DNA from: an uncultured Acidobacteriota bacterium
GTDB taxonomy: Bacteria > Acidobacteriota > Vicinamibacteria > Vicinamibacterales > 2-12-FULL-66-21
Direction: 5' to 3'
Length of the DNA: 64,000 bases
Assembly (NCBI GenBank): GCA_963834305.1
Contig: CAWIAX010000003.1
Coordinates: forward strand, 133,648-197,647
This document shows positions 1-10,263 of this stretch, piece after piece. A program made the position numbers and the translations under genes. The notes below the pieces were generated by a model. It searched no databases. It was not told the DNA's origin and was given only the letters and a program-made list of their open reading frames with translations. Position 1 is the first letter of the stretch, and each line of letters opens with the position of its first letter.

Positions 1-1
1 G

Positions 2-2380
2 CTCGTCCGCAACCGGGCCTTCTTCTTCGCCGACTACGAAGGCTTCCGCCAGGAGCGCCAGAACGTGGCGTTCCAGACGATCCCCACGCCGGCGCAGCGC
101 CAGGGGATCCTGTCGCTGGCGGTACGCAACCCGGTGACCGGCGAAACGTATCCCGCCGGCACGCCGATCCCGATGACCGCCCTGGCCCGGAAGGTGCTGG
201 GCGGGCTGCCCGATCCGACCTCGGCCTCGGCGGGCAGCAACTATTCAACGCTCCAGCAGTTCACCAACGACACCGACAAGTTCAACGTCAAGGGGGACCT
301 GCAGTTCAGCCCGGCGCTCAGCGGCTTCGCGCGCTATGGCTACCGCGATGCCGACATCATCGACAACCCGCCGCTGCCGCTGCCGTCCGGCGGGAGCGGC
401 AACGGCCTGACCTATGTGACCAACAAGCAGTTCGTCACCGGCTTCACCTGGACGCGCAGCGCCTCGTCGCTGCTCGAGGGGCGCTTCGGCTGGTCGCGCA
501 CCGTCGCCGGCAAGAGCCCGCTCGCCCTCGGCACCGACGACGCGCTGGCCGCCTACGGGATTCCCGGCCTCCCGACCGATTCGCGGATCGCCGGCGGGCT
601 GCCGACCCAGCTCATCGTCGGCTTCTCCGATCTCGGCCGCCAGGCCACCAATCCCCAGTGGCAGTACCCGGAAGTCTTCAACCCGAAGCTCAACTACACC
701 TGGGTGCGCCAGCGCCACTCGCTCAAGGCGGGCTACGAGTTCCAGCACATCAACACCGAGGTGCAGGACGTCAACCCGCTCTACGGACGCGACTCGTACG
801 CCGGGCAGATCACCCGGCCGGCCGGGGCCGCCGCGAACAACCTCTACAACCTCGCCGACTTCATGTTCGGCTTCCGCAGCCAGTACGCGCTGAGCAACAT
901 CCTGATCGCGAACCTCCGCCAGCAGATGCACTTCGCCTACGTCCAGGACGACTTCCGCGTGAACAGCAACCTCACGCTGAACCTCGGCCTGCGCTACGAA
1001 TACGCGACGCCGCACTGGGAGCGCGACAACATCCTGTCGAACTACGACCCGGCGGCGAACGCCATGGTCGCGGCACGGGACGGCTCGCTGCGCGACCGCT
1101 CGCTCATCAACCCGGATCGCAACAACTTCGGCCCGCGCTTCGGCTTCGCCTGGACGGTGCTGCCCGACACGGTCGTCCGCGGCGGCTACGGCCTCAGCTA
1201 CGTGCACTTCCACCGCGCCGGCGGCGCCAACGTCCTGCCGATCAACGGCCCGCAGGTCATCAACGCGGTGGTCAACCAGACCAACCCGCTGGACCCCGCG
1301 TTCCTGCGGACGGAACAGGGCTATCCCGCAACGCTGACCGAGCCGGCCCGCTTCAACCCGCTGGCGGCCAACGTCACCTACATGCCCGAGGACTACCACT
1401 CGAGCTACGTGCAGAGCTACTTCATCTCGGTACAGCGGGAAATCGCCCGGAACATGCTGTTCGACGTCGCCTATGTCGGCAATCGGGCGGACGACATGCT
1501 GCTGCTCGCCAACTTCAACCAGGCGGCGCCGAACAACGCGGCCGGCACGATCCCGCTCGCGGCGCGCCGGCCGATCGGCGGCTTCGCCGACATCACCTAC
1601 GCCTTCAACGGCGGCATCTCGCGCTACAACAGCCTGCAGGTCAAATACGACTACCGGCCGCGCCGCGGCCTGCTGCTGCTGAACGCGTTCACCTGGTCCA
1701 AGGCGAAGGACAACGGCGCCGGCTCGCTCGAAGGGCCGAACGGCAACTTCCCCGCGCCGCAGGATTTCCGCAACCTCGACGACAGCTACGGCACCTCGGT
1801 CTACGACCAGCCGCTCAACAACACGACCAGCGTCGTCTGGGCGCTGCCGTTCGGCCGGGACCACCGCTGGCTGTCGGACGCCGGCCCGGTCGTCGACGCC
1901 TTCCTCGGCGGCTGGACGCTGAGCGGCATCAACACGATGACCTCGGGTGAAGTCGTCAACCTGATTTACTCGCCGGCCTCCGCGTTCCAGGTCTCGGGCA
2001 TCCAGCAGGACTTCCGCGGCGCCAACAACTACCGGCCGAACCAGAGCGGCAGCCCGTACGGCGACCGGAGCTCGGTGACCAATTACCTGAGCCGCGACAC
2101 CATCACCGTGCCGACCGATCCGAGCCAGCCGTTCGGCGACGCGCCGCGCAACAGCGTGCGCGCGCCGTGGTTCTGGCAGATGGACGTGGTGGCGGCCAAG
2201 GACTTCGCGCTGCCGTTCGGCACCGACACCCGGGCGCAGTTCCGGCTCGAGGCCTTCAACGTCTTCAACCGCGTGAACTTCCGCGGGCCGAACGGCAACC
2301 GCAGCTCGAGCGCCTTCGGCACGATCAACTCGACCTACGACGCGCGCCAGCTCCAGCTCGGCGTGAAAGTGCTGTTCTGA
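2..2380 (+). CDS. TonB-dependent outer-membrane receptor, C-terminal barrel portion (5' end outside window)
   Basis: The frame is open to the window edge (LVRNRAFFFADYEGFRQ precedes the listed 65..2380 ORF). The sequence is long, Gly/Asn/Tyr-rich and beta-strand-like. It ends in ...QLQLGVKVLF, a terminal aromatic residue typical of TBDR barrels. Confidence 0.85.
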   Translation, partial: LVRNRAFFFADYEGFRQERQNVAFQTIPTPAQRQGILSLAVRNPVTGETYPAGTPIPMTALARKVLGGLPDPTSASAGSNYSTLQQFTNDTDKFNVKGDLQFSPALSGFARYGYRDADIIDNPPLPLPSGGSGNGLTYVTNKQFVTGFTWTRSASSLLEGRFGWSRTVAGKSPLALGTDDALAAYGIPGLPTDSRIAGGLPTQLIVGFSDLGRQATNPQWQYPEVFNPKLNYTWVRQRHSLKAGYEFQHINTEVQDVNPLYGRDSYAGQITRPAGAAANNLYNLADFMFGFRSQYALSNILIANLRQQMHFAYVQDDFRVNSNLTLNLGLRYEYATPHWERDNILSNYDPAANAMVAARDGSLRDRSLINPDRNNFGPRFGFAWTVLPDTVVRGGYGLSYVHFHRAGGANVLPINGPQVINAVVNQTNPLDPAFLRTEQGYPATLTEPARFNPLAANVTYMPEDYHSSYVQSYFISVQREIARNMLFDVAYVGNRADDMLLLANFNQAAPNNAAGTIPLAARRPIGGFADITYAFNGGISRYNSLQVKYDYRPRRGLLLLNAFTWSKAKDNGAGSLEGPNGNFPAPQDFRNLDDSYGTSVYDQPLNNTTSVVWALPFGRDHRWLSDAGPVVDAFLGGWTLSGINTMTSGEVVNLIYSPASAFQVSGIQQDFRGANNYRPNQSGSPYGDRSSVTNYLSRDTITVPTDPSQPFGDAPRNSVRAPWFWQMDVVAAKDFALPFGTDTRAQFRLEAFNVFNRVNFRGPNGNRSSSAFGTINSTYDARQLQLGVKVLF

Positions 2381-2387
2381 GGGGACG

Positions 2388-3415
2388 CTACTTGTAGGCG
2401 ATCGCCGCGCTCGACGGGCCCGCCAGATGAATGACGTCGAAGCGGCTGAAGCCCGCCGCGGCGCACCACTGGCGGAAATCCGCGCCGGAATAGTCGAACG
2501 CATCACCGAACTCGATCAGCATGTTGAGCGACATCAGCAGGCCGAACGCGTTCTCGCGCCGCGCGTCGTCGATCAGCGCCTCGATGGCGACGAGCGCACC
2601 GCCGGGCGGCAGGGCGTCGTAGGCCGCCCGGATCAGGTGCTGCTTCTTCTCCAGGTTCCAGTCGTGCAGGATCATCCCCATGGTGATCACGTCGGCCCGC
2701 GGCAGCGGATCGCGGAAGAAGTCGCCGGTCGCCGTGGCGACCCGATCGCCGAGCCCGGCGGCGGCGATCGACCGCTGCGCGATCGGCTCGACCGGGGGCA
2801 GGTCGAAGCTGGTGCAGCGGAGGTGCGGATGACGCTTCGCCACCTCGATCGACAGCAGCCCGGTTGCCCCGCCGACGTCGCACAGCGTCGTGTAGGCGCC
2901 AGAAGTCGAACTTCTCGGCGAACGCCTCGAAGTTCAGCCGCGACAGCCCGGTCATCGCGCCCATGAACTGTTCCAGCTTCGGCAGCTCGGCGTAGAGATC
3001 CTCGAAGATGCTGCGGCCGCCGTCCTTGGTTTCGTTCTGCGGCCGGCCGGTGCGCAGCGCCTCGGGCAGGTCGTGCCAGAAGCGGAACAGCCGGGCGTTG
3101 AGCATCACCAGGATGCCGCCGACGTAGCGCGGGCTCGAGCGATCGAGGTACAGGGCGCCGGCCGGGGTGTTCGAATATTGCCCGCCCTGGCCCGTCGCCC
3201 GCGCGCTGAAGAAAGCCCATCGCCACCAGGGCGTCGAAGAAATCCGCGCGGGCGCGCGGATGGATGCCGACCTCCTCGCCGAGCTGGTCGCCGCTCAGGC
3301 TGCGGCTGCCGATGGTCGAGAACAGGTCGAACTCGACGGCGGTCAGCAGCGTCTTCGAGGACCAGAAGGCGAAGGCGGTGGCCAGGATCGGCGACACATC
3401 GGTTGGAGAGTGCAT
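2388..3415 (-). pseudogene. Class I SAM-dependent O-methyltransferase (Methyltransf_2-like) interrupted by two frameshifts
   Basis: One protein is spread over three minus-strand frames. The first frame gives MHSPTDVSPILATAFAFWSSKTLLTAVEFDLF...FLQRAGDG. The second gives (QGGQYSNTPAGALYLDRSSPRYVGGILV)MLNARLFRFWHDLPEALRTG...FAEKFDF. The third gives GAYTTLCDVGGATGLLSIEVAKRHPHLRCTSFDLP...AIAYK. The frame breaks are near 3190 and 2901. Confidence 0.75.
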
Positions 3416-3508
3416 GGCTGCGCAGTCTAGTCGAGAGCACGACGTTTTTGCGAGGGCAATCCGGCCGCGTCCGGCCGGCGGCCCGCGGCAGCCCGGCGTG
3501 ACCCGCGC

Positions 3509-5209
3509 ATGAAGTTCATCATCAGCCAGCTCACCTTCCTCGTCACCGACCGCGAACAGCGCGCCAACCTGCGCGCGCTGGTCAAGTACCTGGCGTTCCT
3601 CGCCGTCCTCGTGACCACCTACGCGGTGCTCTTCCACGTCATCAAGCTGAACGTCGAAGGGGAGCAGCATTCCTGGATTACCGGCTTCTACTGGACCCTC
3701 GTCGTGATGACGACGCTCGGGTTCGGCGACGTGACGTTCACCAGCGACATCGGCCGGGCGTTCAGCATCCTCGTGCTGCTCTCTGGCGTCGTGTTCCTGC
3801 TGGTCATGCTGCCGTTCCTCTTCATCCGGCTGTTCTACGCCCCGTGGCTCGAGGCGCGCGTGCGGCTGCGCGCGCCCCGGGACGTGCCGGAGGGCACGGC
3901 CGGCCACGTGATCATCGCCAAGTACGACGCCATCGCCGTTGGCCTCGCCGCGCGCCTCGCCGCGGAGGACATCCCCCACTTCGTGATCGAACCCGATCCA
4001 TCGGTGGCCGCCCGGCTCTCGGCCGAAGGGGTCTCGGTCGTTCTCGGCGAAAGCGACGGCCGGGCCACCTACGAGAAGCTGCGCGCGCCGGCGGCCCGGA
4101 TGGTCCTGGCCAACTGCGAGGACACCGAAAACACCAACATCACGCTGACCACGCGGGAGGTCGCGCCGGACATCCCGATCGTGGCGATTGCCGAATACGA
4201 GGATTCGATCGACATCCTGCAGCTGGCTGGCGCGAGCACGGTGCTGCCGCTCAAGACCCAGCTCGGCGAATACCTGGCCAACCGCGTGGCGGCCGGCCGT
4301 GCCGAGGCGCACGTCATCGGTGGCTTCCGCGGGCTGCAGATCGCCGAGCTGCCGGCGCGGGACACCCCCTTCGCGGGCACTACCGTGCGCGACACCGGCC
4401 TGCGGCGGCGGACCGGGCTCAATCTCGTCGGGTTCTGGGAGCGCGGCCGGCTCCGCCCCGCCTACCCGCAGTCGGCCATCCAGCCCGACAGCGTCATCGT
4501 CGTGGCCGGCACCGCCGCGCAGGTCGAGGCGCTGAACCAGGTGATCGGCGCCAACGGCAAGTCGTCGCTCATCCTGATCATCGGCGCCGGCAAGGTCGGC
4601 CAGGCCGCGGCCCGCGCCCTCCATCGCAAGGGGCTGACGGTCCATTCGATCGACCGCGGCGAACGGGCCCTCGACAGCCTGCGCGAGTTCTCCGACGAGA
4701 TCTTCGCCGGCGACGCCGCCGATCGCGCGCTGCTCGAGCGCGCCGGCATCCACCGCGCCGCCTCCGTCCTGCTCACGACCAACGACGACGCGATGAACAT
4801 CTATCTCGCCGTCTACTGCCGCCGCCTCAACGGCAGCCTGCGCATCGTCAGCCGCATCACGCACGAGCGCAACGTCGAGGCCATTCATCGTGCCGGCGCG
4901 GACTTCGTCCTGAGCTACACCACGCTCGGGATCGAGGCGGTCATGTCGCTGCTGCACGGGCACGAGCCGGTGCTCGTGGGTGAAGGGGTGGAGCTCTACG
5001 CGATCCCCGTTCCGGAATCGCTGGCCAACCGCCCGCTGCGCGAGAGCGGCATCGGGTCGCGGACGGGCCTCAGCGTCGTGGCGCTGCGGACCGGGGAAAA
5101 CCTGGAGGTGCAGCTGACGGCCGAGACCATCCTGGGCCACGGCGCCGAGCTGCTGGTGCTGGGCAGCCGGGAGCAGCGCCGGGCGTTTGCGGATGCCTTC
5201 GAGTCGTGA
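3509..5209 (+). CDS. Potassium channel with two tandem RCK (TrkA-N/TrkA-C) regulatory modules
   Basis: The product has two N-terminal TM helices flanking the selectivity filter TTLGFGD. Two Rossmann-like RCK segments follow (HVIIAKYDAIAVG... and LILIIGAGKVGQAAA...), each followed by a TrkA-C-like segment. Confidence 0.9.
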   Translation: MKFIISQLTFLVTDREQRANLRALVKYLAFLAVLVTTYAVLFHVIKLNVEGEQHSWITGFYWTLVVMTTLGFGDVTFTSDIGRAFSILVLLSGVVFLLVMLPFLFIRLFYAPWLEARVRLRAPRDVPEGTAGHVIIAKYDAIAVGLAARLAAEDIPHFVIEPDPSVAARLSAEGVSVVLGESDGRATYEKLRAPAARMVLANCEDTENTNITLTTREVAPDIPIVAIAEYEDSIDILQLAGASTVLPLKTQLGEYLANRVAAGRAEAHVIGGFRGLQIAELPARDTPFAGTTVRDTGLRRRTGLNLVGFWERGRLRPAYPQSAIQPDSVIVVAGTAAQVEALNQVIGANGKSSLILIIGAGKVGQAAARALHRKGLTVHSIDRGERALDSLREFSDEIFAGDAADRALLERAGIHRAASVLLTTNDDAMNIYLAVYCRRLNGSLRIVSRITHERNVEAIHRAGADFVLSYTTLGIEAVMSLLHGHEPVLVGEGVELYAIPVPESLANRPLRESGIGSRTGLSVVALRTGENLEVQLTAETILGHGAELLVLGSREQRRAFADAFES

Positions 5210-5218
5210 CGAGGTGCG

Positions 5219-6478
5219 TCAGGCGGGCCGCCGCTGCCCCACCGCCGCCGCCAGCGCGTGAATGCGCTGGCGCTCCTCCGGCAGCTTGAGGGCCTGCTCC
5301 GCGCGCGCCATCGCCAGCGTCGCGTGCAGCACGGCAGCCTGCCGCAGCCGCTCGTCGCCCATCGAGGCGAGCGCGAAGAGGGCCTTCTGCAGCCGGATCC
5401 CCACCTCCACCGTCCCGGCGCCGTCCCGCGCGATAGCCGTGAACGCATCGTCGAACATGTCCATCAGCGACAGCTCCGGCACCATGACGCGGTCGAACCG
5501 GACCGGGGCTTCTTCGACCGGCGTCACCCACCGCGCGAAGAGCCGGACGAACGTCCCGGTGATGTCGATCGCGGTGCCAGGGTCGTTGACCGCCGGCGAC
5601 AGCGCCCGCGCGGCGATCTCGGCCAGCGTCACGAGGCCGAAGCGCGGGTCCTCCTCGAACGTGCGGTCGTCGCCGACGATGAACGCCCCGGCGATGTCGT
5701 GGGCAGCCGCGCCGTCGCTGCCGGGGGGGAGGTCCAGCGTGGCCAGCGCCTTGCCGGGCGCCACGAACGTCCCCGGCAGCGCTTCGAGCACGACGCGCCC
5801 GTCCAGCCGTTCGGCGCAGCGCTGGATGGCGCCGACGTCGATCGTCTGCACGTAGCCGATGGCGGTCGAGTAGACTTCCGGTCCGCTGGCCCGGCGGCCG
5901 TCGAGCGCCACGCCGCCGAGCAGCGGGGTGACCCGGCGCGCGTCGATGGCGGCACGGGCGGCCTCTTCGACACGGTCGATGGTGGTGCCGAGGCGGCCCA
6001 GCCGGGCGATGCGATCGACCCAGCGCAGGAAGATCATGATCACCATCGCGAAAATCAGGACGGTGAACGAGAACGTCACGAACAGCCCGACGGCGCCGTA
6101 GCTGCCGGTCTTCACCGCGGTGAGCGCCACGATGCTGAAGATGAAGGCGCCGATGAAGCCGGACAGCGCCATCTGGGACACGTCGTCTGCCACCACGAGC
6201 GAGAAGGCGCGCGGCGTGGCCGTCGAGCTCGCGGAGGCGTAGGCTGCCACCATCGACGCCACGGCGAGAGTGGCCACCGACAGCATGCTGCTGGCGATGA
6301 TCGCCAGCAGGTCTTCCAGCGTCCCACGATCCACGCGAGGAACGACCTCGGCGTCAACGAGCCGGTCAGCCGCGGCGGCCACCAGGACCGCAAGAATGGC
6401 GAGCAGGGCGTAGAGCAGCGGCCGGACCCAGAGCTTCTTGCGTACGCGAGAGAACCACCATTTGACGCGATGCCACAT
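5219..6478 (-). CDS. DUF2254-family membrane protein
   Basis: The 419-aa product has four N-terminal TM helices followed by a soluble domain. The overall pattern matches what I recall for DUF2254 proteins. GC3 is high. Confidence 0.7.
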   Translation of the reverse strand: MWHRVKWWFSRVRKKLWVRPLLYALLAILAVLVAAAADRLVDAEVVPRVDRGTLEDLLAIIASSMLSVATLAVASMVAAYASASSTATPRAFSLVVADDVSQMALSGFIGAFIFSIVALTAVKTGSYGAVGLFVTFSFTVLIFAMVIMIFLRWVDRIARLGRLGTTIDRVEEAARAAIDARRVTPLLGGVALDGRRASGPEVYSTAIGYVQTIDVGAIQRCAERLDGRVVLEALPGTFVAPGKALATLDLPPGSDGAAAHDIAGAFIVGDDRTFEEDPRFGLVTLAEIAARALSPAVNDPGTAIDITGTFVRLFARWVTPVEEAPVRFDRVMVPELSLMDMFDDAFTAIARDGAGTVEVGIRLQKALFALASMGDERLRQAAVLHATLAMARAEQALKLPEERQRIHALAAAVGQRRPA

Positions 6479-6614
6479 TCGCTCCTCCGCAAGGCCGGGA
6501 AACCGGTTGATGCTATAACGCCGCCAGCCGCGGCGTGATGGAAACTGTTCTTGACGCCGTGAATGTCCCTGTTCAGGGACGGTTTACGCCTTCTCAATCG
6601 GGGGAAGCCCTGCG

Positions 6615-8099
6615 ATGCGGGGCCGCCCCAGGATGGGAGGAGCTGTGGCGGTCGATCTGCAGAACAAGGTCCCGGTGGACGAATCGGCGCCGGAGGTCCA
6701 GGCCTGGCTTGCAAAGTTGCAGGGCAACATCCTGCGCGGGCACGGCCGCGACTACGCCTCCTACATCGCATTCTCACTGGGTGCCGATCAGGGCGTGGCC
6801 AGGCGCATGCTGAAGGCCCTGGCCGCGAAGTACGTGACCTCGGCGCGGCAGCAGTATCAGGACACGCTGCTCTACCGGCAAACGGGCATCCCCGGCGCCA
6901 TGTTCGGGAACCTGTTCGTGACCGCCAGCGGCTACCGGCGCCTCGGCTTGCAGCCCGAGGGGCACTTCGACGAGGCGGGAGAGGAGCCGCCCGGGAAGCG
7001 CGACCCGATCTCGACGTTCGTCAAGAGCATGCGCGAGACGGCCGTCGCGGACTTCGGCGATCCGCCTCCCCACACCTGGGAGGACGGCTACCGCCAGCCC
7101 ATCGATGCCATGCTGCTGCTCGCCGACGACGACGAGGGGCACCTGGGGCGTAAAGCCAGGACCGCCCTGCTGAACATCGCCGCCAGGCACACCATCCTGG
7201 CAGGCGAGCGCGGCCGCGCCCTGAGGAACGCCGACGGCGAGGGCATCGAACACTTCGGCTACGTCGATGGACGCAGCCAGCCCCTCTACCTGGCGGACGA
7301 CTTCCGGATGAGCGGCGGTGTCCCCGCGGCCGAGCGGGATGGCGGCGCCATCACGCTATGGAATCCCTTCGAGCCGCTGGAGCGCGTCGTGCTCAGGGAT
7401 CCCTTCGGCCCGGATGCCGAGTGCCTGGGCAGCTTCGTCGTGTTCCGCAAGCTGGAACAGAACGTCCGGGCGTTCGCCGCTCGCGAGCAGGAACTGGCCG
7501 ACCGGCTCCGGCTCACCGGCGAGGAGCGCGCCCGGGCGGGGGCCATGATCATCGGCAGGTTCCGCGATGGCACGCCGGTCGTGGCGTCGCCGACGCCCGG
7601 CTGGCACCCGGCGCACGACAACAACTTCACCTACGGGCAGGATCCGCTCGGGCGGAGATGCCCGATGCACGCGCACATCCGCAAGGTCAATCCCCGGGAA
7701 GATCGACTGCGGCCGCGCGACCCGGCCACCGACCGCCTGCGCCGCATCACCCGGCGCGGCATCACGTATGGGCAGCGCGGCTCCTTCCCGGCCATCCCGG
7801 AACCGCTCGAGGCGATGCCGACTCACGGCGTGGGAACGCTGTTCACGTGCTTTCAGGCGAACATCAGGCGGCAGTTCGCGTTCATCCAGAAGAAGTGGTG
7901 CAACGACATGCACTTCCTGGCGTCGAATGCCGGCATCGATCCCCTGGTCGGACAGGGTGAAGATGCCGCCGCGCCCCAGCGCTGGCCGGCGCGCTACAAC
8001 CATCCCGACGCAGAGAAACTCGGCTTCAACGGCCTGGTGACCATGAAGGGGGGAGAGTTCTTCTTCGCGCCCAGCGTGCCCTTCTTCGAGGGGCTGTGA
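6615..8099 (+). CDS. Dyp-type (dye-decolorizing) haem peroxidase
   Basis: It has the N-terminal LQGNILRGHGR motif and the FGYVDGRSQP (GxxDG) motif characteristic of DyP peroxidases. The start is uncertain; 6615 and 6633 are both ATG. Confidence 0.8.
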   Translation: MRGRPRMGGAVAVDLQNKVPVDESAPEVQAWLAKLQGNILRGHGRDYASYIAFSLGADQGVARRMLKALAAKYVTSARQQYQDTLLYRQTGIPGAMFGNLFVTASGYRRLGLQPEGHFDEAGEEPPGKRDPISTFVKSMRETAVADFGDPPPHTWEDGYRQPIDAMLLLADDDEGHLGRKARTALLNIAARHTILAGERGRALRNADGEGIEHFGYVDGRSQPLYLADDFRMSGGVPAAERDGGAITLWNPFEPLERVVLRDPFGPDAECLGSFVVFRKLEQNVRAFAAREQELADRLRLTGEERARAGAMIIGRFRDGTPVVASPTPGWHPAHDNNFTYGQDPLGRRCPMHAHIRKVNPREDRLRPRDPATDRLRRITRRGITYGQRGSFPAIPEPLEAMPTHGVGTLFTCFQANIRRQFAFIQKKWCNDMHFLASNAGIDPLVGQGEDAAAPQRWPARYNHPDAEKLGFNGLVTMKGGEFFFAPSVPFFEGL

Positions 8100-10034
8100 T
8101 CAGCCGGACGTCCACGTGCGGAAGGCCTCTTCCATCTCCCGGGCGAGGGCGCGGCCGTCGGTGAGACCCGAGGCGAGGACCCGCTCGCGCAGACCCGCGC
8201 GGCATGCGGCGAGCGCGTCGATGTCCGACGTTGCGGCCGTAGCCGCTTCGACGTAGGTGCTCGAACAGGCGGCGACGAGTGCGGGCAAGCCGGCGCGGTG
8301 CAGCAGCCCGGCCGACACGCGGCTGACATGGGTGCGGCCGGCCACGGTCACCACGGGAACTCCCATCCACAGGCACTCGGTCGTGGTGGTCTGACCGCCG
8401 TAGGGATATGTATCCAGCGCCAGATCCACGCCGGCCAGCAGCTCGAGGTGCTCGCGATGCGTGCGCCGTCCTGCCAGGGTGAGCCGTGCCGGGTCGACGT
8501 CCCGCGCCGCGAGCTGCTGCCGCAGGAATCGCGAGATGTCGCTATCGGGGCGGTCGAGTGCCGGGTCGCCGTAGTGCAGCAGCAGCCGCGAGCCCGCGGT
8601 GTGGTGGAGCACGCCGGCAAACCAGTCCCACATGGTGCTGGAGATCTTCATCAAGCGCTGGATCACGCCAAAGGTGATGTAGCCGTTCCGGAGGGCAGGG
8701 AGCGGCGCCACTTCCGGGGCCCGCGGCGGAGGCAGGTACTTCAGGTAGCCTGACGGCAGCCGGTAGAGCTTCTCGGAATACTCGACATCCGAGCCGTCTG
8801 GACTCGTCCAATGGTCGGTGAAGAAGTAGTCCATCTCCGGCAGGCCGGTGGTGCAGGGATAGTTGGGAAAGGTGGCCTGCACCGCCGCCGGCCGCCGCGC
8901 GAAGATCCGCAGCCGGTTCTCGGGAAAGTGTCCCGACAGGTCGACCAGTACGTCCAGATCGTCCCCGCGCAGCGTCGCCAACATCCCGCTATCCGACGCA
9001 CGCGCCACGTCGCGCCAGCGATCCGCGTCTTGACGGTACGCCGGGGGCACGGCGCCGGGCCGCGGGTTCGTGCTGTAGAGGAACAGCTCGAGGGCGTCGC
9101 GGTCGTGAGCGGCGAGGAATGGCGTCAGGAAGTGGCTGGCGGGCGGCTGCGTGAAGTCCCCCGACACGTAGCCCACGTGGATACGGGACCGCCGCCGGGC
9201 ACGAGCGCGCGCACGCGGCACCGCGGGGCTGGTTCGCGCGAACGCCTGCCGGCAGGCGGCGAGAATGGTGTCCGCGCTTTCGGCCCCGTCGGAGAGCATC
9301 AGGTACAAGGCGGTTGCGTACGGCCCTGGTGCCAGGCCGTGCTGCACGGCGGCGAGCCGCGCCGCGCGCGACTCGTGCAGCCGGCCCCATTCCGCCAGGG
9401 CAGCCGCAAGGCGAAGCCGGACGTGGCCATCCACCGGCTGCAGCGCCGCACAGGCGTGCCACTGCGCGAGCGCGAGGTCGATGCGGCCCGTCTTCTGATA
9501 CAGCAGCGCGAGCGCCTCGCGGCCGCGCCCGTTCGCGGCGTCCGCCGCCAGGCAGGCGAGCAGCGCCGCTTCGGCGCCCTCGACGTCGCCCGCGGCGTGG
9601 AGCGCCCGGCCGTACTCGGCGAGCACGCCGCCGCTGGAGTGAAGGGGGGCCGGATCGAGCGCGCGCACTGCCCGTACCGCGGCCGCAGCCTCGCCACACT
9701 CGACGGAGGCGGCCAGGTAGAGCGCGAGCGACCGCTCGTCCAGGTCGCGCAGCGCGGGCGCAAGCAGGCAAACCGCATCCTGCCACCGTTCGAGTCGCGC
9801 ATAGACGATGGCGAGGTCGAGCAGGCCGTGCGCCGGCGCGCCGCCAAGCGCGCAGGCACGCTCGAGATGCGTCACCGCGAGGTCGAACGCGCCCTCGCCG
9901 CACAGGCTCAGGCCGGCGGCATGATGTGCCGCGGCGAAGTCCGGAGCCTGCGCGAGCAGATCCCGGCACTGCGCCCGCGCCCCCTCCCAGTCGCCGCGGC
10001 GCAGCGACTCGTAGACGGGGCCGAGGGGCTTCAC
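8100..10034 (-). CDS. TPR-repeat glycosyltransferase family 41 protein (SPINDLY/O-GlcNAc-transferase-like)
   Basis: The N-terminal ~270 aa are TPR-like Ala/Leu repeats. The C-terminal catalytic region carries HVGYVSGDF..., ...DLALDTYPYGGQTTTTECLWMGVPVVT... and ...SRVSAGLLHRAGL, typical of bacterial GT41 enzymes. The GTG start overlaps the upstream stop (GTGA). Confidence 0.8.
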   Translation of the reverse strand: MKPLGPVYESLRRGDWEGARAQCRDLLAQAPDFAAAHHAAGLSLCGEGAFDLAVTHLERACALGGAPAHGLLDLAIVYARLERWQDAVCLLAPALRDLDERSLALYLAASVECGEAAAAVRAVRALDPAPLHSSGGVLAEYGRALHAAGDVEGAEAALLACLAADAANGRGREALALLYQKTGRIDLALAQWHACAALQPVDGHVRLRLAAALAEWGRLHESRAARLAAVQHGLAPGPYATALYLMLSDGAESADTILAACRQAFARTSPAVPRARARARRRSRIHVGYVSGDFTQPPASHFLTPFLAAHDRDALELFLYSTNPRPGAVPPAYRQDADRWRDVARASDSGMLATLRGDDLDVLVDLSGHFPENRLRIFARRPAAVQATFPNYPCTTGLPEMDYFFTDHWTSPDGSDVEYSEKLYRLPSGYLKYLPPPRAPEVAPLPALRNGYITFGVIQRLMKISSTMWDWFAGVLHHTAGSRLLLHYGDPALDRPDSDISRFLRQQLAARDVDPARLTLAGRRTHREHLELLAGVDLALDTYPYGGQTTTTECLWMGVPVVTVAGRTHVSRVSAGLLHRAGLPALVAACSSTYVEAATAATSDIDALAACRAGLRERVLASGLTDGRALAREMEEAFRTWTSG

Positions 10035-10231
10035 GCCGTTGGTTTGAAGTTCAGAATCAGGCGGGGGGTCCGATCCTCGTCGCTGAAATGCGTGAGCTCG
10101 ACCTGGACCTTCGTGCCGCCCGCATGCAGCACGAACGCGTGCGACCCGTCTGTCTCGATCTCACCGGTCGGCACGCCTTCGACAGTCTCCAGTTTGCCCA
10201 TGAACTTGACGTCGTACTGGGGGTAGGTCAT
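10031..10231 (-). CDS. Small hypothetical protein (66 aa) translationally coupled to the GT41 gene
   Basis: The ATG at 10231 lies 7 nt after AAGGAG. The product is MTYPQYDVKFMGKLETVEGVPTGEIETDGSHAFVLHAGGTKVQVELTHFSDEDRTPRLILNFKPTA. Its stop overlaps the GT41 start. I recognise no family. Confidence 0.5.
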   Translation of the reverse strand: MTYPQYDVKFMGKLETVEGVPTGEIETDGSHAFVLHAGGTKVQVELTHFSDEDRTPRLILNFKPTA

Positions 10232-10263
10232 CGCTGCGCTCCTTCTCTGCGTCACGCTCTACG

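Noticed and set aside
245-2506. A 753-aa minus-strand ORF antisense to the TonB-dependent receptor. Similar long ORFs occur at 2687..5140, 17449..19119, 19969..21303, 22360..23805, 36111..37427, 44471..45802, 46789..48390 and 56751..58871.
   Set aside because: The translations are Arg/Ala/Gly/Pro-rich low-information sequence with no motifs. They lie exactly opposite genes with strong family signatures. These are typical stop-codon-poor shadow frames of very GC-rich DNA.
6540-6585. A small hairpin (gtccct-gttc-agggac) next to a TTGACG hexamer in the DUF2254/DyP divergent spacer, considered as a promoter or attenuator.
   Set aside because: There is no acceptable -10 hexamer at the right spacing, and the hairpin has only 6 bp. 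The evidence is too weak to annotate.
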